A stretch of 64,000 bases of DNA from Felis catus (GCF_018350175.1 NC_058368.1:133240001-133304000); one strand, 5' to 3'; numbered from the stretch's first letter, positions 12,401-25,949 are shown. Notes: a model not told the origin generated them from the sequence alone. Program-made: numbers and translations.

Positions 12401-13120
12401 CTAATTTACTAGTTCAGTCATCAAGTACCTACAAAGTATGGAAATGAGTTCCATTTATGAGATAAAAGTCCCCTTGCCCACCCCTCCTCCACAACAGTCC
12501 TTCCTAACTATACTGAGCTGCATGAAGTATTCAGTTCACACACCACTCCTCCCTTCCCCATCCCCAGCTTTTGTTTCTGGTCCTGGATACTCATCTTTTC
12601 CAACAACCTAGATAGAGCTCGATTTGACTGTATATGATCCAACTCCTGCAAGAAAATATCTCTTTTTTTCTTGACAGTTTTTTTTTTTTGCCTGTAAAGA
12701 ACCATAATAATCATCATTGTTATTATATGAACAAAAACCCTCTCAAGACTTTTGGGGAGGGCTTTGCCTATGTGGCTTTGAAATGCCACATTTATATCCA
12801 CAAAGAGTTGACATCAAGCAAACAGAATATTTCACATTTTCTTCACATTAAGGGACTTTCTCTCACTTAACTAATTCAGTGCATTTGGTAAAACATATTT
12901 TCAAGAGAACTTTTCCAACACTAAAGCCAACTGCTAGATAGTTTATATTTCTTCCTAATAAAAACACGCACGACACTGGCCTGGTTCCTCATTTATATGT
13001 TCCTGCTGGTAATATATACTTTAGAGGCACTGTTTCATTTTCAATTTAAGTGCTTTGGATTTTAGGGAATTGAGTTTTGTTTTGTTTTGTTTTGATTATT
13101 TTTTTTTTTTAGGTGGGGGT

Positions 13121-13121
<1 letters not shown>

Positions 13122-13159
<38 letters not shown>
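13122..13159. repeat. (TG)n microsatellite
   Basis: Directly visible. Confidence 0.97.
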
Positions 13160-13163
<4 letters not shown>

Positions 13164-13802
13164 GCCTGCCAACCAGTCTGCCTTCTTCCCTGCCTCTCTC
13201 CTTTCTTCCTTTATATCCTTTTTTTCTTAAGGCTCCTGTTCCCAAATAAATGGATGGTAGTTGTATGCTTCTCAAAGCCTCAGCAAGATTCAGCATCTAT
13301 TAAACTCCACAAAGTCCTTCTTATTCATTTAAAATATGGATGATTACAGCATGGTCTGATGTCAAGAGACCTGTTCTAGCTCTAAATCAGGTGATTCAGT
13401 GGTCAATATACTGACCATGTACAGGTCATTTGCCCCATAGCCACCAAACCCTTGATTTTATTTGACTTACCTAAATCAATTATTTGGCTTCAACAAAGCC
13501 AAATAATTTTTGTTTTTTCCATTGGCCATGGCTGTGGAGGCAACCATTTAGAAAACTATTGAATAGATGTACCAAGAGAATGCTTTTAAACCTGTCTGTC
13601 AAAATTAGAGTTAGTGTCAGAACAAGTCAAAATTGCTTTGAATGAAATCCCTGGGTTGGTCATTTTTTTTTATTATTGATTTGACTGCTTTGCTTGATTA
13701 AAATACCTATCAAATTGACCAAGTGACCAATTTGACCAATAAGGTACACATGACCCTGAATTGACACAGGAGTTTATTCAAAATGGTCACTATAGCAACT
13801 AC

Positions 13803-14095
13803 ATTTATTCATTCATTTACTCACTCATTCAACACAAATTACTGAGCATCTTTTTTTGTTCTAGGTGTTCTGGGAACTGGGGATGTAATAAGGAACAAAA
13901 CAGTCCCTGCCCTCATGGAATTACATTCAAGTGGAGATACAGACAATAAGCAAGAAAGTAAACAATCCATTTAGCAATTTTAACATAAAGAAGTGCTCTA
14001 AAGAAAAACAAAGCAGGAGATTAGAGAGCAGTAAAAGGGATCATTTAATATTGAGTGGTAAGGGGTAGCCAGCCTGGGAAGGTCACATTTGAGCC
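13803..14095 (-). mobile_element. L2 3' region
   Basis: cattcaacacaaattactgagcatc..cagtccctgccctcatggaattacattc..ggaaggtcacatttgagc. Confidence 0.8.
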
Positions 14096-14904
14096 AGCCA
14101 CCTTCAAGTATGGTGAACCCACAAGGCTGTTCTCCTCTCTCAGCCTGCCCACACTTTTCTGGAAGGAAGCCTGGAAATGTAAATTTTTAATCAATTTCTC
14201 TATCATGCAAAAGAAACTACTTCTAAGCTGGCCCACCATTACTGTTTCTCAGAGCTTTCATTTCTGTGGGTTTTTACAAATTGTAGAATATGGTATGGAT
14301 GAGCAGATTTTTCTGAAAGCCACAGAAAGTATTTTGTGATCTCTTCTTTGTTCATTCAAACATGACTTCTCTCCTTTTATTCCCTTTTTGATTTAAGAGC
14401 CCTTTTCATTTTCCCACAAAATAATGGCCACTGTAAACAGAATTTAAGCAAGTACTCAGGCAAAAATCCATTTCAGGAAGTAGAGATGAAACAGTTGTAC
14501 CACAAATAAAGTCTCTTCCTTCCCAAATCCCGTTTCTCAAATGGCATTTTAGTCAAATCCCCCAAACCTTGCTCCAAAAAAGCAAATGCCTTTGAAATTC
14601 TTCTAGTTCCAACCATGAAATGTGTCTTTTGTGAGTTTTTGGTTTCATTTCAAAGATTTTTTTTCCCCTCTCTCATTGAAATCCTCTAAATAAAGTATCT
14701 GAAGCAGTTGGGATTTTTTCCAGTTTGTTTAGTTGAACTGAAGATGCTAATTGAATTTAGGAGTTTTTCCAAGAAGAGATCATGGTTGCATGAATGCATC
14801 ATTGCCTGCCCATGTAGATTCAACACGTCTAAAGGAGCAAGAGACTTAGTTCCGTGGGTATAGGGAGGTAGATTTGCCTACGGTCTGGGTTGTTCTTCAG
14901 AAAT

Positions 14905-15150
14905 AATATTAGCAAATAATATCTATTAGTGATTTTCATATGCCAGCCATTGTTCTGAAAACTTTTTAAAACTATGTTTTACAACTCTACGATTATCCTC
15001 ATTCTGTAGATAAGGAAACTGAGACACAGAAAAGTTTAGTCACCATCCCAGGATGACACAGGTAGAAAGTGACAGGACCAGGAAGGAATAAATCCCAGGA
15101 AGAATGGATGTGAAACCTACCCTCTTAACCTCTACCTTACTCTGCTTCTC
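14905..15150 (-). mobile_element. MIR
   Basis: Core attctgtagataaggaaactgagacacagaaaagtttagt. Confidence 0.8.
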
Positions 15151-15164
15151 ATTGGTAATCAGTG

Positions 15165-15315
15165 AGAGTTTTGGGAGGTAAATAATCAGCCAGTAGCACT
15201 AGTGTGACCTTGTAGGTTGATTATGTACTAGCATTCCTCCTGATTGGTTGGTTGATGTCCCATTCTGATTGGTTGGTGCCCATACTACATCGATGGTTAA
15301 AAACTTTGATTCTAT
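15165..15315. mobile_element. MER63-like hAT-Blackjack fragment
   Basis: ctgattggttgg twice; atcgatggttaaaaactttga resembles a MER63 terminus. Confidence 0.45.
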
Positions 15316-15689
15316 GGTGGCTTTAATCCATTTTCATCATTCTCCAGATAGAGATGGAAAGGTTTTTTATTACATGATATCCCATCAAAGCATCTTGAGA
15401 TATTGCCAAAATGGTTGATTTCTGTGATACTGCTCTACCTAGTGTTACTGATCAACCTTCTTTGGTCTTCGTGCATTCCCCCACACATTTTCTCTCTCTC
15501 TGTAGATAGGTAGATGTAGATACCTATATAATCATATCTGTGTATCTGTCATGGAATATAATGATGCTCTCTGTGGGTCCAAACTTATCTTTTGCCTCAA
15601 AGAATACATTCAAATACAATCTCCTGGATAACTTTCAACCGAACTCTATTCATTAAAAAAAAATTTTTTTTTTAATTTTTAATGAATTA

Positions 15690-15894
15690 AAAAAATGTTC
15701 ACTTGTTTATTTTGAGAGAGAGCACACGAGGGAGGGAAGGGCAAAAAAAGAAAGGGAGAGAGAAAGAATCCCAAGCTGGCTCCATGCTGTCAGTGCAGAG
15801 CCTAATGTCAGACTCCATCTGACAACTGTGAGATCATGAACTGAGCCAAAATCAGGAGTTAGACATTTAGCTGACTGAGCCACCCAGGCACCCC
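15690..15894 (-). mobile_element. CAN-SINE
   Basis: gaatcccaagctggctccatgctgtcagtgcagagcc..actgagccacccaggcacccc. Confidence 0.92.
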
Positions 15895-15899
15895 TTACC

Positions 15900-16280
15900 T
15901 CACTTCATTGACCACTGACACTGAATGATCTATAACTCTTTCTATGCTTGTCTTCTCTCCTAAGATACTGACCCTTATTCCAAGCTGTCTATTGTATTGC
16001 CTCAATAGCTCAAGCTCAACAGGCCCAGAAATGAAGTTCATTATCTTTCCCCCAAATCAGTTCTTTCTATAGTATCCTTCCTCCGTAAATCTCATATTGG
16101 TTAATGCCGACATTATCAACCTGACATCCCCAACACTGATGCCTGTCTCTGTTACTCACATTCTAGTAATTATCAAGTTTTGTTAATTTTACTTCTGAAA
16201 TCTCTCAAATCTGAGTTCTTCTCCCCTCTTCAACTTTAATGCAGAGCTCCTCATACCTCCTATCTCTCCTGGATTTCTTT
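15900..16280 (+). mobile_element. L2 fragment
   Basis: ctcaagctcaacaggcccagaaatgaagttcattatctttccccca..tttacttctgaaatctctcaaatc. Confidence 0.6.
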
Positions 16281-17759
16281 TTAAAATGTTTAAGTATAAT
16301 ACACATATAGGAAACTACACACATCATTAGAGTACAACTGAACCTACCCATGTCACCAACATCCAGGTCAAGAAGGTCACTATTACAGCACAACCTTGCC
16401 TTCTCCATGGCTGTAGTCCTAGATTCTCCTGTTGATGTTCAATCATCATGGCTCTGATACTTAACAAAATTCAAATATCTAAGGTTGTATAGCATTTAAG
16501 CCATTATTAGTTTTGTATAGTGTGTGTGAATCATCTAAGAATACAGTTTAGTAAATGTGGAGAGGGAGAGTATGGGCCACTGGGATTGAGAGAAGAGAAT
16601 TTATCTGAGGAGTGAATGTTCTGAGAGAGATGTGGTTGGATGCCGAACTTGTCTGCCAAAGGCAAGCTGCCTGCCCCATGGCTTTGCAGGAGATGGGCTG
16701 CTATGGGAACTAAATAGGGTAACAAGACTCTCTTCCCCTCACATGTTCTGTTCCCTGTTTGGATTCAGTTATTTGTTATAAAACTGGAAGGAGCAGGAAA
16801 AAAAGTCAGAGTGAAACTCATGAGGCCTTCAAAGTCAGAGTAAGTGAGACCAAAGAATTGAAAACTCACTTTGGTTAGTTTATCTAATTCAGTTTAGAGC
16901 AAATTCATTCTCAGCCTCCTCACACATCAAAGTTTGATTCTCTGAATTGAACAGAGTTTGAGGTGAGAGCCTGAAAGGTATGTTCCTTACCCTTAATTAG
17001 GTCCACAGGAGAAACCTCTCAGAGCAAACTTTCTGTAAGTTCATCATGGCTCTTCTGGAAGGGCTCTTTCTTTAACTTTAGGATTGCAGTTTGCACCCTC
17101 TGCTAGAGTAAGGCTTTTGACCCTTACTGCTACTGTTCCCCCTAGTTAAATAGGTATTTGTTGAGAAAAACTCTATCTTTCTTTATGGCCATTAGAAGAA
17201 CATTCAGATTTATTTTTGATTTCTAGAAAATAGAGTAATATTACTGGTCAAAAATTGTTTAAAAGGGCCCCCTCTAGGCTAGCTTGAATGGAGAGAACAA
17301 TTGTTAAAATTGTTGCATGCCATGGAGTTATGTCATAATAATTTTTAAGCTCAATTGAATGGTGAGAAGAGATTTTAAATTGGAATTTTGCTGCTCTCAA
17401 TTCTACCAGACACTATTCAGTTGCCCTTGAACATGTCAACAAGCAACTCAATTGCCTCCGATTTCTTCAGGAACAATTAGATTGCTCCTGAGTAACTCAA
17501 CTAGCTCTCACTTTCTCAGAGCTCAGTTGCACAGAAAATGAAGGACATGTGGTTAAAGAAATACTCAGTGGATGTCAGGTAAGAATTCATCAGGTGCCTT
17601 CTGCACTGCGAAGTTGTCAAGCTGGGGTTGGCAAAGAAAACACTGAAAGTGCAGTAATGCTTATATACCACTGTGCTCACCAGGTGCTGTTCTAGGGAGA
17701 AAAGGGGAGGCTAGGTAGAAAGACCATAGTCTTTTACTTCCCCATCTCAATTCTTTTTG

Positions 17760-18300
17760 TGGTTATTGTCTCTGACTTGGGAGGTGGAGAATCCACTTTC
17801 CGTTCTGGATCTATGTAGTCTGTTGGGGGCCTGCGGGGAGGGCATTATCCCAAGTTTTAGAGGTGGAACATATGATCATGGTTTAAGCCAAATTACTGCA
17901 TCACATTTCCCTGGCCAGAGTGATGGATTCAAGAGATGTATGTGATCCAATCTGATCCAATTAGAATGAAAATCAGCCTTTTAAGAGAGCCTGGCAAAAA
18001 GACTCTTGTTTTTTCTGCTATCTAAATAGACTCTTGGTTTTTGTCTACATGAGAGGTTTTAGCTGCTATGTGCACTTAACCACCATAGGGAGAGAGAGAG
18101 CTCAAGCTGTCAAAGGTCATCATACAGTTTGAGCATTAAGCCAATGCAGCAAGAGGCTCAGCCAAGGGATGTTGAAAAACAGTTAAAATGAATGATTTGA
18201 TCCCTGAGTCTAATTGTACCTGAAGCCAGCTCTGTACCCCTATATCTTATAGCCCCACACCCAATTTTTTTGTTAATAGATCAGGGTGAAATGCTCAGTA
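17760..18300 (+). mobile_element. Old MaLR LTR (MLT1J/K-like)
   Basis: ccctggccagagtgatggattcaagagatgtatgtgatccaa..ccaattaga; gtacctgaagccagc. Confidence 0.6.
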
Positions 18301-18311
18301 GATCTTGACAA

Positions 18312-18314
18312 AAA

Positions 18315-18349
<35 letters not shown>

Positions 18350-18352
18350 AAA
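18312..18352. repeat. (TAAA)n microsatellite
   Basis: Directly visible. Confidence 0.95.
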
Positions 18353-19119
18353 GGTTGAGTCTCCAATCTGAATCAAGTCAGAATGAAGAAAATTGAGGCT
18401 GGTAGAAAGAGAGCTATAGAACTAGTACAATATTTATGGGGGAAGGGGTGGTTGGATTCTTCCTGTGCATGCTCTCCATTTTCAGGATGATACTCAGCTG
18501 GATGAAAATTAAAAACAAAACAGTAAAGATTTCCAACTGCTTGGCCCCAAGTAACCAGCACAGTTCCCAATTTTTTAGTGAATCGATGTGCTGTGTGAGT
18601 GACCTGGTCAAATCAAGTAGAAACAGACTTAAGTCTTAAGAATGCAAAATACATATAAGGTAACCAACAGCCCTGAAGGATCTTAATGTGAAGCAATGGA
18701 ATGGAATCGAGAACCCTTTATTTCAACCCAAATTGTGGCTTGCCTTGAGAAAGAAAAAGAGCAAGAATTCCATGGAATACAATTTGAAGCAGAAACAACA
18801 GAGGGCTTGGTTGCTGAGAACAGCCTAGAGAGACTGTGGGAGAGGCTGATTCTGGGATACAATGTGAGGGCCACAAAGAAAGTCCCTTCTCGGACCTTAA
18901 GGTTTTGCCAGGAATTTGGATCTGTTGAATGTGACAGGCAAAAATGTACTACCCAATAACAATCTAATAGGAAGCATGAAATTGTGAAGCCATGTTACTT
19001 GGCTCCAAATACTGCTAGATGTTTTATATGACAATGAGAACCACTAAGTTGTATGTGTGTGTGTTTATCTACATACAGATATAGATAAAAATGCCCTTGT
19101 CATCATCATCTTTATCATG

Positions 19120-20016
19120 GTGGGCAATATGAATGATTGCACTCAAATTCTCTTTCTCTTCTTGTTTGCCTTCCGATTCTTCAGATGCTAGAAAGCTACA
19201 ACCAGTGTTTTGTTAAATAACTCTTAAATTTAAGGTTTTTGAATAGAGGTAGGTTTCTTTAACTAGATGCACCCAAATGAGATTTGAAAGGCAAAAATGA
19301 TGTACTGGACACCTTCTGTTTTTGCAGTATTTTGCTGATATCTACACTTGGGGAGGGACTGGATTTCTCTGCAGCAAGATTCCAGTGTCCAGTCACGGCT
19401 TCATGGGTATTGAGAGGTAGATGATCAAATGTCTATTTTTTTTGTTTTTGCCAGTTCAGATATAGTGGGCCTTGGTATAATCTTAGATCTTCCAGTTGCA
19501 GCAGCAGTGACAACTTCCTAATTCCTAGATCCAGTGAGGGTGCTGTTTGGGAAGTCAGCAGTTCCATTTGGAGCCTTGTGAGTCCCTGTCTTGGAGACTG
19601 AAGCAGCAACTTCCCTGATGGCTGAGTCTGCAAGGTTGTTCTTGGAGGCCCAGCCTATTCCCACTACTCTAAACTTTCTTGTTGCAAACACCTTTGACCC
19701 TCTATTATATCTATTTCTACTTAAGAAAGCTAGAGTCATTTCTTTTTTTTTTTTTTTTAATTTTTTTTTCAACGTTTATTTATTTTTGGGACAGAGAGAG
19801 ACAGAGCATGAACGAGGGAGGGGCAGAGAGAGAGGGAGACACAGAATCGGAAACAGGCTCCAGGCTCCGAGCCATCAGCCCAGAGCCTGACGCGGGGCTC
19901 GAACTCCCGGACTGCGAGATCGTGACCTGGCTGAAGTCGGACGCTTAACCGACTGCGCCACCCAGGCGCCCCAGGAAAGCTAGAGTCATTTCTGTCTGCT
20001 GACCCTGATTGAGACA
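19120..20016 (+). mobile_element. ERVL LTR (LTR33-like) interrupted by a SINE
   Basis: atgctagaaagcta, tagatgcaccc, end aagctagagtcatttctgtctgctgaccctgattgagaca. Confidence 0.55.
19744..19972 (-). mobile_element. Young felid CAN-SINE
   Basis: CpGs intact; TSD gaaagctagagtcatttct at 19725-19743 and 19975-19993. Confidence 0.97.
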
Positions 20017-20269
20017 ATCACCATGATCAAAAGCAATTATGAAGAAAAGCTTCACAAAACTCTTTCTCTTCCTTTGAAAAATTCATACTCTAAGACAAAG
20101 AACAGATACATGCCGAATTAAATGGGATGAAAAGCAAAATTGAAATATTATGTATAGATCAAGGAGGTAGAGAATCAGTGCGGAAATGCAGAGAATAGAG
20201 AAAATGTCTGAATTTGGTGTCCAGGCTGAGTGGGATGAGGAGAAATAATTATGACCAGGTACTCCACAA

Positions 20270-21450
20270 GAAAAAAATGAAATTAGACTCTTACCCTACA
20301 GCATATACAAAAATTAACGTGAAGTGAACCAAAGACCTACATGGAAGGCTAAAAGTCTGTAATTCTTAGAAGAAACAGGAAAAATTTTCAACATTGGATT
20401 TGACAAGGGTTTCTTAGACACGGTATCAAAATCACAGGCAACAAAAGGAAAAATAAGTAAGTTGGATTTTATCAGAATTAAGTTTTATATGTTAATGGAC
20501 ATTATCCAGAGTGAAAAGGCAACCTATGGAATGGCAGAAAAAATTTGCAAGTTGTATCTAATAAGGGATTGATATTGATAATATGTAAAGAACTCCTATA
20601 ATTCAATTATAAGAAAAAAACTGATTTAAAAATAGACAAAGAACTTGAATAAACATTTCTCCAGAGAAGAAGTACAAATAGGAATAAGCACATGAAAAAA
20701 TGTTCAACATCACTAATCATTAGTGAATGCAAATCAAAACCACAATGAGCTATCTCCTCACACCCATTTGACTGGCTATTATAAACAACAACAACAGAAA
20801 ACAAGTATAACAAGCACATGGAGAAATTGGAACCCTTGTGCTTTGCTGGTGGGCATGTAACATGGTGAATCCCCTGTGGAAAACAGTATGGTGTTCCTCA
20901 GAAAATTAAAAATACAGTTATTATATAATGAAGTAATTCCGCTTTTGGGGCATAAACTCAAAATGAATGAAAGCAGGGATTCAAACTGAGACATGCTCAT
21001 AGTAGCATTATTCACAATAGCCAAAAGGTAGAAGCAACTCAAGTGTTTATTAATGAATGAGTGGATACATAAAATGTGGTACGTGCATACAATGAAATAT
21101 TATTCAGCCTCAAAAAGGAAGGAAATTCTGACATACACTACAACATGGATGTACTTTGAAGACATTATGTTCAGTGAAAGAAACCAGCCATAAAGGCACG
21201 AATGTTGTATGATTCCACTCTTACCAAGTACCTAGAGGAGTCAAATTTATAGAGGCAGAAAATAGAATGGTGGTTGCTAGGGATTGAGGGGAGGGGTAAT
21301 GGGAGTTCATGTTTAATGGGTACAGAAAATTCTGGAGATGGATAATGGTGATGGTAAATACATTGTGAACGTACTTAGTGCCACAGAATTGTACATATAA
21401 CAATGGTGAAAATGGTAAATTTTATATGTATTTTACTACATTTTTTTTTA
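20270..21450 (+). mobile_element. L1MB-like ORF2 3' end and 3'UTR, 5'-truncated
   Basis: atatacaaaaattaac, aaaaggcaacctatggaatgg, gcattattcacaatagccaaaagg, 3'UTR aaaatggtaaattttat. Confidence 0.9.
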
Positions 21451-23535
21451 AAAAGGAAAAATTTTAAAGATGGGTTTCATTAGAAAATTGTGTAAGAGGG
21501 AAATGCCAGGGTGGTGTGTAGAGAAAGGAAGAATTAAGAGGCAGAAAACAAAATAGTGGTAGATATATTTAGGAGGTAGCTTGGGGGCGGGGTTTATTAT
21601 TTCAGAGTTGTCTTGTTTGAGACTCAATTATCACTAAACTTTCAAAAAAGCAATATATGCGTAAACTTCAGTAGTGTTTTTTTTGATGATAACTAATACA
21701 TTCGCCCAATGTTGATGATACGTGTTACACTCCAGGCAGAAGTTCATGAATCTCTCATGTCCATTTTGAAATCTCAGGTTTAATTCCACAGTAGGACATT
21801 TTAAAATCCATTTTACAGTGTAAAGTAATAATAAGAATAACATTTGGAAACTGACTTGAAGTAATTGTCCAGGTTATCGTGTATTTTTATTGCTCCAATT
21901 TGTCTCTGGGACATCATGGTGAAAGTTTGATTCACTTATGGAAGATAATCTGTTAGGAAGAAGTGCCAATGATGTTTGTAAAAGGAGCTGTGTGTTCAGG
22001 AATACTTTGATTTCAAAGTAATTAATTCCAAGGGGAACCTTTCCGAGATGAAATAGGGAGGTTATTTGGTCATGAGAGGTTTCATAGTCCTGAAGAAAAA
22101 AGGAAGCACAATTCTTTTATTAAATTGACATTGCACCAGGAAAACAGGCTAAAAATGATTGATTGCAAATATAATGTAGGGGATAGAAGCATCTGGTTCA
22201 GACATAAATAACAAAGGCTCTTCAACATATGGCACTAATTTGCGTTTATGCCTATGTAATCTCACCTTTTCAAATTGCTCTTTCTCAAGACGGGCTGTTC
22301 TGGGAATCAGTGTGGAGCCCTAGCAGGGGAGAACAAGTATCTCCTTGGCCTGTTTCTGAAAGGAAAAGCATTCAGTCTTATTACAGGGACTTGTGGCAGG
22401 TGTGTGTTTCTGGCTCCAATTCACCCATAATCACAGCTGCCAACCCAAGACTGGGATAGTATTAATTCTAGTGGCCTTGATTAGAAATCAGACTGCAAGT
22501 GCTAAGTGCAGAAGTGCTTCAAGGTTTAATTGAAGCTTAAACTCTCCTTATTTCTAATGCAAAACTGAAAATGGAGCTTTGGCAAAGCTTGAAAACATGG
22601 GGCTTTTTAGACCTGCATCTCCATGCCAAAGGGAGTTAGGCTGTATGGAGCTTTAAGCAAACTGCAGAGGACTCAATAGCCCTTTCAAAGTTGGTAGCAT
22701 TAAGTTGGCCCTTTCATTAGTGACTCATCCAGAAACGGGGAAGTAAGATTTCCTTACACTTTTGGGGTATGTGGTCTTGAGGAATTTGTACTCCCAGACA
22801 TCGATGTGAGCTCCAGGCCTTGGTCCTCTGCCCTCTGCTCCTAAGAGCTCACTGAATAAGGAAGCAGAAGACATACATTTGCAGAGAAGATGATAGATGT
22901 TCAGGTGACCTCAGGTAATAGAAAATAATTCTGCCTTTGGATTTAACTGTTGAGAAAATGTCCCCTCACTCTTTCAGGAGATGCTACGTTTAAACCTTCC
23001 TTCTCTCACTTTTCTGAGAAAAGGGCTCTAACCCCTGCCATGATCCAGAGTGCTTCACTCTCTGCTTGACCCTGATTCAGGGCAGCTCAGTTACTCAGCC
23101 CATGGCCGTCTGCTGCCATAATCTTCTACGCCATTTCAGGTTGCATCCTTGAGAATAGCAAGTGTTGTTCTTATGAACAGCCATTCTGTTTTCTCCTGCA
23201 AGAAACTGTTCAACTTTTTGTGACCCTTTTCTCATAAATCTAATTTTTGTATTAAATTTTTCTTGATAAAAACAGTTTCTTTCTGGAGCTGAATGGTTTC
23301 TTCCTTGCCTCTAGCCAGCTGCTGACCGTTACTTGGAGTGGAAGTCTGACATGGTGCTCTAAGTGTTTAGGGATAAACATGGAGCTTTACTAACTCTAAA
23401 TTGTTTTATATAGATTCCTTCTAACTTTTAAAATAAATATATTTTCATTTTTCAGCTTCCTAGTTTTACATATGAATTTTCTTGACAATAAATTTCCATG
23501 TCTTATCTCTTTGCTGGCACAGGAACTTCTATTTC

Positions 23536-23752
23536 TTTTTTTTTTTTTTTAACATTTATTTATTTTTGGGACAGAGAGAGACAGAGCATGAACAGGGGAG
23601 GGGCAGAGAGAGAGGGAGACACAGCATCAGAAACAGGCTCCAGGCTCTGAGCCATCAGCCCAGAGCCCGACGCGGGGCTCGAATTCACAGACCGCAAGAT
23701 CGTGACCTGGCTGAAGTCGGACGCTTAACCGACTGCGCCACCCAGGCGCCCC
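23536..23752 (-). mobile_element. Young felid CAN-SINE
   Basis: Perfect TSD aggaacttctatttc at 23521-23535 and 23753-23767. Confidence 0.97.
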
Positions 23753-24718
23753 AGGAACTTCTATTTCATGTACTGATCTACAGAAACACAGCAATTGACT
23801 TAATAGAATTTTTCTCCCTCAGAAATGGCTTGAGTGGGTGTTTCAAGAATGTGTAGATACAACATACAGTTCCTCCATCTTTTTTTTCATACTTGAGAAA
23901 CCTCATTTTGGAGGCTAATAAATTTTAAAATACTGATTTTAGCTCAGATCTTCTAATTAGGTAGCTCATCCCATATTCTAAATTTATCTTCCGAAGATTT
24001 GTTATCTCCCTGAAAATCAGTCAGCTGAACAGTAGATGAAAATATGTTTTGGATCCATAACAGTTCCCTGCTGCAAAGAATACAAACAACCAACTGAAAT
24101 ACAAACAAACCACACTTTTATGTCCAAAATATTTTTACCTGTAAATGTGATGGTTACTAAAACAGTTTCATTCCTCCAGGACACTGCTTTTCACAAAGAG
24201 TAATACCCAATAGGGTGAGAAGGACTGGGACTGACTTAAAGAACGAAAGATGAATTAAGGAGTATTTGCGTGAAACTCTGTGTGACTAGTCTTATTCTAG
24301 AAACTGAACTATATTTACCCAATTTATAAAGTGTGGCCATTTGCATCTATTTCTGGCAATATTTTGGAAATGCCAAATTATAGCAGCTAGAACTTTCAGA
24401 CTATAGACTGAAAACACAGTCAAATGCATCTGGTAAACATAACAGATACTTTTTGTCTCTGTGGTAGCAAAGGTTGTTGAAAAATCTGCAGGGAGACGGA
24501 AGATGGAAGGCTCTGGGCACTTAGTGTTTTCTGCAATGGAGTTGAGAAAGCCAGAAGCAGTTGTCATCCTGGGAAAGAGGGGGAAAGTGCCTGAAATACA
24601 CTCAGTCTGTGTTCTTTCATTGTGATGTTTCATGTGATTTAGCCTTATGGAATGAGTTGTTTAAAAAAAAAAAAATGTTTGGTGCCAAATCTTTGATTTG
24701 ACATAATGAAATGAAATC

Positions 24719-24752
24719 TTTTTTATGTTTTAAATATTTTAATTTTATTTTT

Positions 24753-24784
<32 letters not shown>

Positions 24785-24961
24785 CAGACAGAACATGAGC
24801 AGGGAAGGGGCAGAGAGAGGGAGACACAGAATCCGAAGCAGACTTCCAGGGTCTGAGCTGTCGGCACAGAGCCCGCCCAATGCTGGGCTCGAACTCATGA
24901 ACTGTGAGATCATGACGTGAGGCAGTCAGATGCTTAACCGACTGCGCCACCCAGGTGCCCC
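24719..24961 (-). mobile_element. CAN-SINE
   Basis: Full body; partial TSD tgaaatga. Confidence 0.93.
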
Positions 24962-24999
24962 GTGAAATGAGTTTTTTTTTTTTTAAAGTAGATGTTTTT

Positions 25000-25227
25000 G
25001 GGGCTCCTGGGTGGCGCAGTCGGTTAAGCGTCCGACTTCAGCCAGGTCACGATCTCGCGGTCCGGGAGTTCGAGCCCCGCGTCAGGCTCTGGGCTGATGG
25101 CTCAGAGCCTGGAGCCTGTTTCCGATTCTGTGTCTCCCTCTCTCTCTGCCCCTCCCCCGTTCATGCTCTGTCTCTCTCTGTCCCAAAAATAAAATAAAAC
25201 GTTGAAAAAAAAATTAAAAAAAAAAAA
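25000..25227 (+). mobile_element. Young felid CAN-SINE
   Basis: CpG-rich body; TSD aaagta(g/a)atgttttt. Confidence 0.96.
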
Positions 25228-25948
25228 GTAAATGTTTTTACAGGAGTTTTAAAGGTTATAAAGATTATCCTTTACCAATGATGGCTCTTCATTCATTTAA
25301 TAGTATTTGGGGGACTTTATATGTTTACTAGGAGGTAGAGAGAGCACTTTGGCTTCTGCAAGATGTCTAATTCTTTTTTTTTCTTGTTCTTCTTGTTTTG
25401 AAAAAGAGGCACCAAACCATAAGATAGATAATGCGAGCAATATCTAGGCATAGTTTGTATATAGACAGCTTGGCAATATGGGAAATACAGGTAAACAAAT
25501 TAAAACACGACTTAGGTAAATAATCAGTAACAGATGAATCCTGGGGGTAAGTTCTGTTTTCTTTTGCTTTTTGCTTTCCTGCCCCTTTTTAATTCCTCCC
25601 AGATTGTCTTTTCTTCCTGTCTTTGCCTGTTAATATTACACGATAGCACAAAACATGAACCTTTAGGAGGCCATACATGATCTCCACCTCAGATCTCTGT
25701 GGAACCTAATTTCTGCCACTTATTCTACAATGGTTTGCATTAGAGTTGATGTGACTTAGGTCCTGATTTGACTGGGCTGTCCAGACTAACTGCTTTTCCT
25801 AATAGCCCTCTTTATTTAGCATTTGTCCCAAGGTTTTTGTTTTTGTTTTTAACAAAATCTTACAATTAATAATGGTGTTAAAATAAGCCAGGATGGGTTT
25901 GGTAGACCTCCATTTTGCACTTCCCTCTTCTTCCCAGGTCTCATCTAG

Positions 25949-25949
<1 letters not shown>

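Noticed and set aside
15648..15687. Inverted repeat attcattaaaaa..tttttaatgaat
   Set aside because: Low-complexity A/T sequence at a SINE tail.
18696..18959. 87-aa protein-like ORF (MEWNREPF..)
   Set aside because: No recognisable domain or splice context; length expected by chance.
24450..24568. Possible minus-strand exon (acceptor ctttccccctctttcccag, donor gtatct)
   Set aside because: Weak donor, no partner exons and no recognisable protein; isolated acceptors also occur at ~7042, ~7651 and ~25937.
8628..25197. Recurring similar peptides (GAPGWRSRLSVRLQPGHDL..) suggesting a gene family
   Set aside because: Translations of young SINE copies.
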